Source: Mobula hypostoma
Lineage: Eukaryota
Assembly (NCBI RefSeq): GCF_963921235.1
Contig: NC_086097.1
Coordinates: 81,966,001 to 82,030,000 of the forward strand
Direction: 5' to 3'
Length of the DNA stretch: 64,000 bases
Shown here piece by piece: positions 12,257 through 22,730 of the stretch. A program made the position numbers and the translations under genes. The notes under the pieces were generated by a model. The model made no database searches and was not told the DNA's origin. It saw nothing but the letters and a program-made list of their open reading frames with translations. Each line of letters begins with the position of its first letter. Position 1 is the stretch's first letter.

Positions 12257-12730
12257 ATGACCAGCTAATCCATAAAGATAGATACATTTGATTGCACAAC
12301 AGATAACTGGATCATGTATACTGAATGAATTGAGCAGTATTTTAAAGCAAATAAAATAGCCAATGAAAAATATGTGCCAGTTTTGCAGAGTGCAATTGGT
12401 GAGAGAGCATACAGTATGCTTAGAAGTTTGACTGAAATGAGCATTGTTGATTTTATGAATGTAATACAAGAACATTTTGAACCAAAACCATTGTTGATTG
12501 CGGAATGCTTTATGTTTCATAAAGGGAATCAAAAGGCAGGCTAGTCCATTTCAACTTATATGGCTGAATTAAAGAAATTTTCTGGCCAGTGCTAGTTCAG
12601 TAAGTTCAGTACAATAACAATCACTGAAAAATAATTTAGTTTGTGGAGGGCATTCAAAAGCAACTCCTAAGTGAGGCAAAACTCATATTTGAAAGAGAAG
12701 CTGAAATCGCTGTATCAACAGCACCTGCAA
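12257..12730 (+). pseudogene. gag: Gypsy gag remnant (Mag/K02A2.6-like)
   Basis: Manual translation: IDTFDCTTDNWIMYTE*IEQYFKANKI...IGERAYSMLRSL...EHFEPKPLLIAECFMFHKGNQ, with stops. Confidence 0.7.
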
Positions 12731-14230
12731 CAGTTGTTTCTCACTACAGCAGTTTGAAGTTGTACGAGATTAAGGATATTTTGGCTCTGATCTACCGCAT
12801 TCTTGCAGCTGAAATGGTGCACAATGAAAAATGGTTTTAACACTCACATCAACTGATTTTGGTTGAAAGAAGCAGCATTTGATTAAAAAAATAAGAAATC
12901 AGACAGAGAAATGCACAGCTGACATGATTTCACAATTTTCTATTCATAGTTGTTTTCATTTAAAAATAATTCCTCTCAACTGAATTTTGAAAGCTTTAAT
13001 TAACATTTCATATTTTTATTTTGAATTAGAACTGACTGTCAAATAATTTAAAACTTGTAAAGAGCCTTCCAATGTAGAATTGAAACAGTTAACCCTTGTG
13101 CTATTTACTAATTGTATTCATCACAATCTTGTTTGTTGTTATTGTGTTATCAAATTAAACAGAAAAACTCAAAATGATCATTCCTCCAGAGATGGACAAC
13201 TTTGTGCTTTGAATCTTGTCGCTCAAGTAAACCACAGGATTTATTTTCTATGCATCCTTTTCACTGGAAGTGGTGCTTTCACCCCAAAAAGCAGACTAAC
13301 CTTCCCGTCCTCCCCCCCCCCCCACCACCCCACCATATTCACACTCAGTGAAACTTTGGCTAACTTTCCCTTCTTAGACTTCCCACTGTCATTATTCTCT
13401 GCCATTCCTACTTCTAGTGGACGTCAAACGGAATAAGGAAAACATATTGGAAAATGCACAGGGTGTAATGATGCCTATTTAATATTCCCAACAAAATGCA
13501 TGTTCTTTGAAGTTTCTTTGAAATGGAGTTATATCCTGCAGTGTCAAGACAGAAATCAATAAGCTCTTTATTCAAAATGTACCCTTGATAACATTATTGC
13601 CAACAGAAGATCTGAGGAATGAAGAATCAAGTCATCGATCTAGATCCATTTATATCTGTCGAAGTTCCAAGAGAATTGCTTATGATATATTTTATCTTTT
13701 ACAAGAATGGTTGCACTGTAAACACGCATTTCTCTCACCATTGATCTCTTTATATTTCTATTCAGTGGATTACTCCTTGTTTTGCCTCTTGCTTTGTTCC
13801 CCTCGCCAACGGGATAGCAATTTTACAGGATAAAATCCAGCCTGCTAGCTTGTCTCTGATCAATTCAGTCGGCCTAGTCCTAATGCATCTGAGCATAGTA
13901 TCTTAATTAACCAAAGTCTTTCGCCTAAGGTAGGAGAGTCCAAACTAGAGGACATAGGTTTAAAGTGAGATTTAAAAGAAACCTTCACAGGGAGGGTGAT
14001 ACATGGAACCAGCTGCATGAAAAGTGGCAGATGAGATATCTTTTTCATTCTGTATTTTCACAGTTTGTTGTCTTTTGCACATCAGTTGTCTGTCTTTCCT
14101 GTAAGATGTGGGCTTTCATTGGTTCTATTTACGTTTCTTGGATTTACTGAGCATGCCCCCAAGAAAACAAATCTCACAGATGTATATGGTGACATATATG
14201 TACTTCGTGGATATATTTACTTTGAACTTT

Positions 14231-14572
14231 AAAGATTAAAGACTAGCTTTATTTGTCACATATACATCGAGACATCAAAACATAAAATGACATGTGTCTT
14301 TTGCGTCAATGACCAACACGGTCTGAGAAGGTGCTGGGGACAGCCTGCAAGTGTTGCCATTCTTCCAGCACCAACATAGCATGCCCAGAACTTACTAACC
14401 CTAACCTGCATGTCTTGGAATACAGCAAGAAACCACAGGACCTGGAGGAAACCCACTCACTCACGAGGAAAACATACAAACTCATTACAGACAACAGCAG
14501 GAATTAAACCTTGTCCACTGATGACGGGAGCTGTAAAACATTGCGCTATTGCCATGCCACCACGCTGCACTG
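14231..14572 (-). mobile_element. tRNA-derived V-SINE with Rex/L2-type tail
   Basis: Minus strand: B-box GGTTTAATTCC, V-domain GAGTTTGTATGTTTTCC...GTGGGTTTCCTCC, tail ATGTGACAAATAAAGCTAGTCTTTAATCTTT. Confidence 0.7.
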
Positions 14573-14716
14573 TAACTGTGAAATTAAAAGACATTTGGAT
14601 AGATACATGAATAGAAATGTTTTAGAGGGATATAGGCCAAATGCAGTCAGTTAGGCAAGTTAGGCAACGTGGTTGCCGTGACAAAGGGCATTTTACTATT
14701 CTGTATAGCTCTGTGA

Positions 14717-14784
14717 CAGGGGTTCTCAACCTGGGAGTCTATGGACTCTTCCGATAATGGCATAAAAAGGGATGGGAGCCCCTT
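14717..14784. mobile_element. hAT-type mini-MITE
   Basis: Termini CAGGGGTTCTCAACC / GGATGGGAGCCCCTT; 8-bp flanks CTCTGTGA / CTCTATCA. Confidence 0.6.
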
Positions 14785-15419
14785 CTCTATCACACTCTGA
14801 CTCTATTCCCCTGTTAGTTAATACAATACACTCCTTTATGTTTATGCATTTCATTAGTCAAAATAAAAATGCAGCAGGTATCTTCAGTTGACTTCTAACA
14901 TCCCAACCTTTCTTTCCTCTCATCCAAGAACTTCACAAATCAAACCTCACCCTTCCCAGAACTTCTTGTCTGAATTCTTCCAATCTGCATATTTTATATG
15001 AAATTTATTAACTCTTCCTTTAAATTTTTCTCAGCTTGACTACTCCATTCCACTACCATACTGAATACCACTTACTTGATTTTTGAAAACTCTAACGGCC
15101 GAGACAGAAATAAATATTTAAATGGAAAAATGTAATGAATTTTCTATGAAATGAAATACAAGCAAATATATCACAGGACAAAATATATATTAACAATAAT
15201 TTTGTAGTGCGCAAAAGCATTCAAGCTACTCAACGTTCTGTCAGAAGTGCTGGGAGGTTGAACTATCTCAGCTTCCTGCTGATCTCTCCACAATGACAGA
15301 AATCAGTCTTCAGATGATTTATCTCATTGTCTCTGATATCATCAGGAAATGGACGAGACCGCTGGATACTGCAAATGCTGTGGGACAGGATAACATATTG
15401 GTGACTATCTGGACAGGCA

Positions 15420-16462
15420 GAGTTCAAACACCATCTATAAATTTGACAATGACACCACTATTGGCAGAATCTCATTCCAATGTGAAGGCATTTAGGAGTG
15501 AGATGGATCAGCTGCTTGAGTCAGAATCAGACGAGAATCAAGTTTATTATCACTGACATATGCTGGGAAATTTGTTCTTTTGTGACATCAGTACAGTTGA
15601 ATAAAAAAAATCACTATAATTTACAATATGAAATATTAAAATAAATAAAGGAAAAATGAGAGCAAAAAGTGAGTTAGTGTTCATGGTTCATAAATCTGAT
15701 TGCAGAGAGGAAGATGTTATTCCTAAAACATGGAGTGGTGTCGCAACAGCAATCTTGCACTCAACAATATCAAAACCAAGGAAATGATTATTGATTTCAG
15801 GAAGGGGAAGAAGGGAGAACACACACCAATCCTCATTGAGGGGTCAAAGCTGGAAAGGGTGAGCAGCTTCAGGTTCCTGGGCATCAACGTTTATGCTTGG
15901 CACAACACGTTGGTGCCATCATGAAGAAGGTATCCAATGGGTCCACTTTATTAGGAGTGTGAGGAGAGTTAGTATGTCACCAAAAACTCTAAGCAACTTT
16001 CTATCTATGTACAGTGGAGACCATTCTGACTAGTTGCATCACCACCTGTTATGGAGGCTTCAATGTGCAGGATCATTAGAAGCTGCATGAGGAGTTATCC
16101 CTCATTTCCCTCCCCACCGAGGATATCTTCAAAAGGTGGTGCCTCATGAAGGCAATATCCATCAAGGACCTTCACTATTTGGGACATGCCCTCTTCTCAT
16201 TACCACCATCAGGGAGGAGGCACAGGAGCCTGAAGACTCACACTTAATGTTTTAGGAACAGCTTCTTCCTCTCTGTCATCAGATTTCTGGAAGGTCCATG
16301 ACCCCATGAATGCTACCTTGCTATCCCTCTTATGCACCATCTATCTATCTATTTATTGTAAATTGTAGTAATTTTTATGTCTTGCTCTGTATTGCTGCTA
16401 CGAAACAACAAATTTCACAATATGTGTCACTGATAAAAACCTGATTCTGAGCTTGATTCTGT
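15420..16462 (+). mobile_element. Rex1/Babar-like LINE 3' part with a nested minus-strand tail (15520-15730)
   Basis: EWCRNSNLALNNIKTKEMIIDFRK and ERVSSFRFLGI; (CTGATT)n-like end. Confidence 0.75.
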
Positions 16463-16793
16463 AAGATTGAAGACCTAACTTCATAACCAATTGTGTCTCC
16501 AGCCAACCTGTTGCAGTATATTGCTATATTTTGACATGGGCGTGTTCTCATCCATTAACATGGACTTCACATTAGAGATCATTCTATTCCAATTCTGAGC
16601 AGGAAGATGTAGAAATGTATTGAGATAAAATTAGCATTGAGCAAAGTGTAAAAGTAATGCCTTCCTGATGCCCTAATTTTACCATCACATCAGCAACAGC
16701 TTACCTAACTAAAAAAATAACAATGCACAGAGAAGAGTCTTATAAACTAAATGTATTTCGATTAAAACCACACGGCACAACAACCATATGCAT

Positions 16794-17205
16794 TCAAAGT
16801 TCAAAGTAATTTTATTTTATCAAAGTACATATATGTCACCATATACAACCCAGAGATTCATTTTCTTGCTGGCATACTCAATCAATCTATAATAGAATCA
16901 ATTAAAGATGACACTAACTTGGTGTTCAACCAGTGTGCAAAAGACAGCAAACTGTGCAAATACAAGAAGAAAGAAATAATAAAAATAAATAAATAAGCAA
17001 TAAATATTGAGAATATGAGATGAAGACTCCTTGAAAATGAGTACATAGGTTGTGGGAATATTTCAGTGATGGGGCAAGTGAAGTTATCCCCTTTGGTTCA
17101 AGAGCCTGATGGTTGAGGGGTAATAACTGTTCCTGAACCTGGTGCTATGAATCCTAAGCTCTTGTACTTTCTTCCTGATGGCAGTAGCAAGACAGAGCTT
17201 GGCCT
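16794..17205 (-). mobile_element. Rex1/Babar-like LINE 3' end
   Basis: TTCAAAG tail repeats; homologous to the 46455 and 54296 copies. Confidence 0.7.
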
Positions 17206-17349
17206 CATTGATTCATCAAGCATGAATTCATTGAAACTATCAACTTTTGGCAACATAGGGAGAATTTTATATTTTGAATCATCAAATACATGCTAATATT
17301 TCATCAACAAACTAATAAAAAAACTAATCTAAAATGAAACCTTCTTTAT

Positions 17350-17972
17350 TGCAAACACGAGGAAATCTGCAGATGCTGGAATTTCAAGCAGCACACATAA
17401 AAGTTGCTGGTGAACGCAGCAGGCCAGGCAGCATCTCTAGGAAGAGGTACAGTCGATGTTTCAGGCCGAGACCCTTCATCGGGACTAACTGAAAGAAGAG
17501 CTAGCAAGAGATTTGAAAGTTGGAGGGGGAGGGGAGATCCGAAATGATAGGAGAAGACAGGAGGGGGAGGGATGCAGCCAAGAGCTGGACAGATGATTGG
17601 CAAAAGAGATATGAGAGGATCATGGGACAGGAGGCCTAGGGAGAAAGAAAAGGAGGGGGAACCAGAGGATGGGCAAGGGGTATAGTGAGGGGGACAAAGG
17701 GAGAAAAAGGAGAGAGAGAGTAAGAATGGGTGTATATAAATAAATAACGGATGGGGTACGGGGGGAGGTGGGGCATTAGCGGAAGTTTGAGAAGTCAATG
17801 TTCATGCCATCAAGTTGGAGGCTACCCAGACGGAATATAAGGTGCTGTTCCTCCATCCTGAGCGTGGCTTCATCTTTACAGTAGAGGAGGCCGTGGATTG
17901 ACATATCAGAAAGGGAATGGGACGTGGAATTAAAATGTGTGGCCACTGGGAGATCCCACTTTCTCTGGCAAG
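17350..17972 (-). mobile_element. Penelope-like element 3' part (little decayed)
   Basis: Same GIY-YIG end and pLTR as 9065; many CpGs retained; hammerhead-like motif at 17450-17487. Confidence 0.82.
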
Positions 17973-18625
17973 TTCTTTCTGGAATAAATGCAGGGTTCAG
18001 CCTTATTTGTCTTGGCCTTTGTACATGGAGCAGTGACTAAATCAATTTTCTGTGGTTATACAATGAGAAGAAAATAAAGTGTCAACTTTGGAACTGTTTT
18101 ATTTGTTTATGGACTTCACTTGCAAAGCCAGCATTTATTGTTCTTCCCTAGGTGCTCCTTAAACTGGGTAACTTGCCAATCCATTTCATAAAACAATCAA
18201 TAGTTAAGACTCACATTCCTAGATATGAAGTCACATGCAGGCTAGAATGGAAAGTTTCCTTCCCTGAAGGTCATTTGAGGGGAAGGTATATTTTCATAAC
18301 AGCCCTGCTGTCGCATTGTTTCTCTTGGTGACATTATCTTTTCATTCCCAATGTATTTAATGACTTAAATTTAAAATTCCCACCTGCAGTGGTAGAATTC
18401 AAATTTACTTCTGGATCCAAGTCCAGACCACAATGGTTACACTCCTTTTGAGTACGGCAGCAATATCTATTAACTTGTAAATCTAGAGCTTAGAAGTAAA
18501 AGAATACTATTGAATTATTAAATATAATATTTCAATCATCAGCATGGGTCAATTAGCAGAATTCTTACATGTGAGGCAAATGGCTGCGGTTTGAAGTCCC
18601 ACTGCTGTATGTAGCTGATACTCTC

Positions 18626-19509
18626 TGTTACGTACCCCGTAACTGGGTTGCCAAACCAGCAGAAATGGGTCACTCAGTTGGAGTCTGGATTACTAGAACT
18701 AAGAAAGTTTTATTAAAGAAACAAGCAACACAGTACTCTACTCAAAAGGATAATAAATGCAACAGTTCAGCAATGATAAACACACATGTACACAGAATTA
18801 AGATAACAGGATCAATCAAGCTCTATTGTTGTCGAAGGGTAAATGACCAGTTTTAAAGTGACGCAAAGTTCAGTTCAATTGAATTCAGTTCAGTTCACAG
18901 TTCTCACTGCCGTGGGAGATGGACAATGGGGGGAAGGAGAGAGAGAGCAAAACGAATGAATATTCAAACGGCTTCCACACAGACCTTCGATATTCTTCGC
19001 AGTCAGCTCTCGGGCGAACCCTTTGTGATGTCTTCTGAGGTCACCGACCGTGACCCCTCCGTTTCCAGATACGATCGTTTCTCTGCGGTGAACCTGGCAC
19101 CCAGGCAAGGGCGGACACACGTCAGGTTCCCGCTGGTCGTGCCTTTCCACCCTGTGTGTCTATGGCTTGGTCCCGCGACCAGCCTTCCAAAACTTCCCAC
19201 CGACTTGTGGGAGATGCACCGCTTCCAGGGTCTCGTTACCTTGGGGTGTCATGTGTGTCCTGCCTTAGCGAACCTGTCCCTTTTTATCCCCCTGCTGGGG
19301 TATCGCCTGTCCATCACTTCAAACAGTTCAGGGTTCAAAGGGGGAGCCGATCTTGACAGCTCTCCGGCCCTTCATTAACATCTCCAAATGCTGCTCCATT
19401 GTTTTCCTTATCTCTCTTTCTCCTGAAGACAGGTGGCAGACCAACTGCTGATCCCACTGGTGCCAGCACAGGCCAGCTAACATCTTAATCTATGTGTATT
19501 CTCGTCACA
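18626..19509 (-). repeat. Solo LTR of the 26979-31901 Gmr1-like family
   Basis: Reverse-complement homologue of those LTRs; TG..CA ends; perfect 4-bp TSD TCTC (18622-18625 and 19510-19513). Confidence 0.95.
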
Positions 19510-19534
19510 TCTCTAATTATAATTGAAGAAGGAA

Positions 19535-19632
19535 CTACTGTACCTCATTTTCTGAGGAGTCGTCGTTTGGATGAGAAGTCGCCTGATCTCCGTTTGTCAG
19601 CTTTGGTGAGTACAAAAGATCCCAACTAATAA
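19535..19632 (+). repeat. Possible ancient Deu-domain SINE remnant
   Basis: GAGG..GTCGTTTGGATGAGA...AAAAGATCCCA resembles the Deu core as I recall it; heavily decayed. Confidence 0.45.
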
Positions 19633-21361
19633 TCCATTAGTTTTATTTAACCCACCTGATCATGGACTCGTTTCTGTATCCAACATTAGGTTATTCACCT
19701 TTGAATATCCATTAGTTGTGCTCTATTTATTTGTTTCAGATAATTCTAACTCTCAAATTATTTTAAGCAACAGCATTCTATAACTGCTGCCTTGAAGGAA
19801 GTGGAATACAATATACAGTCCACAGAGAACATTTAGAATGCAGGATATTTCTATCCAATGTGCCTTGGTATGTGGCGAACCATGTGCTTGTCTCTTTCCA
19901 GCCCACATTTAACAAAAATATCAACTTGATCCTCAAAACCAGTCCCTGCACACAAGATCCTCTGACCAAAAATGTCAAGCAATGCTCCCTGAAATGCTCT
20001 GCCCACTGAATTAAACGAGGCCATGAACGTTTCTGACACTCATAGCGATTGAAACTTATTCAAGTAATGTTAAAAATTAATCATATCATGAAACAAAAAC
20101 AAAAAAGATTGTCAAATGTTTTTAATTGAAATACTTGGAGGCATACAATAAATAATAATTAAGTAATTAAGTTCACAAATGTAAATTACTTCAGATGTAC
20201 CTATCACCCATGGAGCCTCTTCTCTCCGTTGAAATGAATTCAATTGCTGAGAAACAGCAGAAAATTGGTGCTTTACTGCTGGGTTTGGTTCAGTCCGGAT
20301 AATAATAGCAACAGTATCAGGAAGTTCTGAACATCTTAGTTCATTTCAATGTTCGTAGGAAATAATGTGAATTGTCCATCTTGCTCTTCCTAGAAAAAAG
20401 AATTATGTACCACACCTCTAATTATTCAGCAGCCTTCTTCGTATGAACAATTTCTGAGTCATTATTAAAAAGTAGATCAGGATGAGCATTGTACATTCTA
20501 GCTTCTCTGAAGTAAAGACAAAATGGAAAACCAGATCTTCAAGGTTTAGATCTGAAACTCTTGGACCTTTTCAATGTCTGCTTGATTGAGATGGAATCAT
20601 AAAATCATATGGCTTAGAAACAGGCCATTCAGTCCACTCTCTCCATGATAGCCATCAACAGTATCCATACTATTCATATTTTCCAGCACTTGGTCCACAG
20701 CTTCCTTTATCTTGGAGACACAGGAGACAGGAGCTGCGGCCATTTGCAGCAATACACAAACTATTGGAGGAACTCAACAGGTCTAGCAGCATCTCTAAAG
20801 AGAGGAGGAATTGTGGACATTTTGGGTCAAGACCCAGCATATCATCTGTGCCCTGGCAATTCAACTGAACAAATAAATATATCGTAAATGGTGTGAGAGT
20901 ACCTGCCCCCCTTAGCACCCACTGAGCTGTGAGTTCCAGTCTTCCATCCCCCAATAACAGTGAAAATATTCTTCCTCAAATCCCTTTTAAAACTCTTGTC
21001 AGTTACCTTAAAACTTGACCTTATGCCCTTTGGTCTTGGACATATCTGGTGTGAGGAACAGCTAAATTTTTAGTCCATATATGCCTGTCGTAATTTTGTA
21101 TATCTCAATCAATCACCACTTAACTTTCTCAGCTGCAAAGAAAACATACCAGGCCTATCCCAGTCTTCTGTCATAGCTGAAATCCTCCAACCTGATGAAT
21201 CTGTTCTGCACCCTCATCAGTGCAATCATGTCCTTCCTGGAATGAGATGAATAGAAGTGAACACAATACTTTCACCCAGAGTATGGAATGAGCTGCCAGA
21301 GGATGTGGTTAAGGCAGGTACAGTAATAATACTTGAAAAATATTTGGACAGATGCATAGTT

Positions 21362-21558
21362 AGGCAACACATACAAAATGCTGGAGGAACTCAGCAGGCC
21401 AGGCAGCATCTACAGAAAAAAGTACAATCGAGACCCTTCAACAGGACTGTAACGTCGACTGTACTCTTTCTATAGATGCTGCCTGGTCTGCTGAGTTCCT
21501 CCAGTATTTTGTGTGTGTAGCTTAGATTTCCAGCATCTGCAGATTTTCTCTTGTTTGT
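21362..21558. mobile_element. Fold-back Penelope pLTR derivative inside a CR1 3' fragment
   Basis: Inverted arms of ~59 bp (21367-21426 and 21460-21518) made of pLTR sequence. Confidence 0.85.
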
Positions 21559-21949
21559 GATTGAGAAACATGGTCAGGAAGAGTTTACAGGGATATGGGT
21601 CAAACATGAGAAAATTGGACTATGGCTTCAGAAAACAAGGTGTCCCTTGCACTTCACACCAACATGTAGGGGTTGTGATCCTCTTTCTTATGCTGACCTG
21701 ATAGTTTATTTTGCAATTTTGTTTGACTTCTTACAAACAATATCTGCCTATTCACAATTATTAATTGAGGATGACTTTCTCCCAGATTCCTTCTATATCC
21801 AAAAGCTATTTCTCATTGTTAATCATTGCAAAAAGACCTCTTGGACATCTCACCACTTTAAACTCTAGATGTCAAATTTTATTTGGAAACGGTGCTGTGG
21901 ATTTACTTTTTCCAAAGTGCATCCATGAACTTCTTGTTATTGATGTTTA

Positions 21950-22490
21950 CTGGACTGGCAGCTGTTGGTGGACCTCGGAGGGCAGCTGAAGTTCCCCAAC
22001 CATATCGCAGCCACCACCCTGCGACCAGACATTGTCCTAGTGTCTGAGTCTACTAAGCAAGTGGTGCTGCTGGAGCTGACAGTCCCATGGGAAGATCGCT
22101 TGGAACAGGCCTTTGAAAGGAAGCTCTCCAAGTACACAGGACTGGTCAGCAACTGTCAGCAGGCTGGATGGAGAGCGAGGTGTCTCCCAGTGGAGGTTGG
22201 TTGTAGGGGATTCGTAGCCCATTCTTGAGTTAGAGCTTCAGCATTTTGGGCTTCGAGGGAGAGAGGAAGAGGAGAGCCATCCGCAGTACCGCCGATGCGG
22301 CAGAGAGGGCCTCAAGATGGCTGTGGCTCAAAAGAGGGGAGCCATGGAGTCATAAGTAGCTAGCCATCTGGACACAAGCTGGGGTCTGATCAGCCCCACC
22401 TGGGTCACCTGGAGGAGGTTGTATGATGTTGAAAGACCCGAAATACCTGATGATTCCAGGAACATCACTGAAGATGTGTCCAGAAGCATC
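21950..22490 (+). mobile_element. 5'-truncated HERO-like non-LTR retrotransposon (restriction-like endonuclease and 3' UTR)
   Basis: TTLRPDIVL...LLELTVPWEDRL...ERKLSKY...PVEVGCRGF (PD-(D/E)xK RLE). One stop and one frameshift, then AAERASRWLWLKR and the natural stop at 22357-22359. Confidence 0.85.
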
Positions 22491-22730
22491 AATAGATGTA
22501 TGTACACAGCTCTGAAATTAGGGATCAACTTTTGTACCTCTGCTTTGAACCACCTTCATAGCATGTGTCAACATTGCCTCAGTGATAGGACACTCTGGAT
22601 CAGAAGTTTACAGGTTAATATACCACTCTATAGCCTTGACTGCATAATCTTGCTTCTCACTTTCTTGTAGTGTTATTTTATTGGAGGTGCTATCCTTGGG
22701 TAAGATTTTGAAATGTTGTATTACATTGTG

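Larger units (their letters stand above)
13860..14810 (+). mobile_element. CR1 3' fragment carrying a LINE tail (14040-14230), a SINE and a mini-MITE
   Basis: CR1 3' motifs at 13900-14030 resume at ~14575 (ACATTTGGATAGATACATGAATAG) and end in CTCT(A/G)TGA-type repeats. Confidence 0.65.

Noticed and set aside
10150..13850. Host exons in the AT-rich apparently unique stretches (also 38320-39580 and 46000-46450)
   Set aside because: No recognisable peptide with consistent splice sites; short exons cannot be excluded without RNA data.
17346..17798. 150-aa proline-rich ORF
   Set aside because: Low-complexity Penelope 3' region; not kept in the other copies.
18926..19378. 150-aa ORF in the solo LTR, and 144-aa ORF at 27043-27477
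   Set aside because: Frames are not preserved among the three LTR copies; no recognisable domain.
22436..22454. GAAA and CTGATGA in the HERO 3' UTR as a hammerhead
   Set aside because: Only 3 nt separate the boxes, leaving no room for helices I and III.
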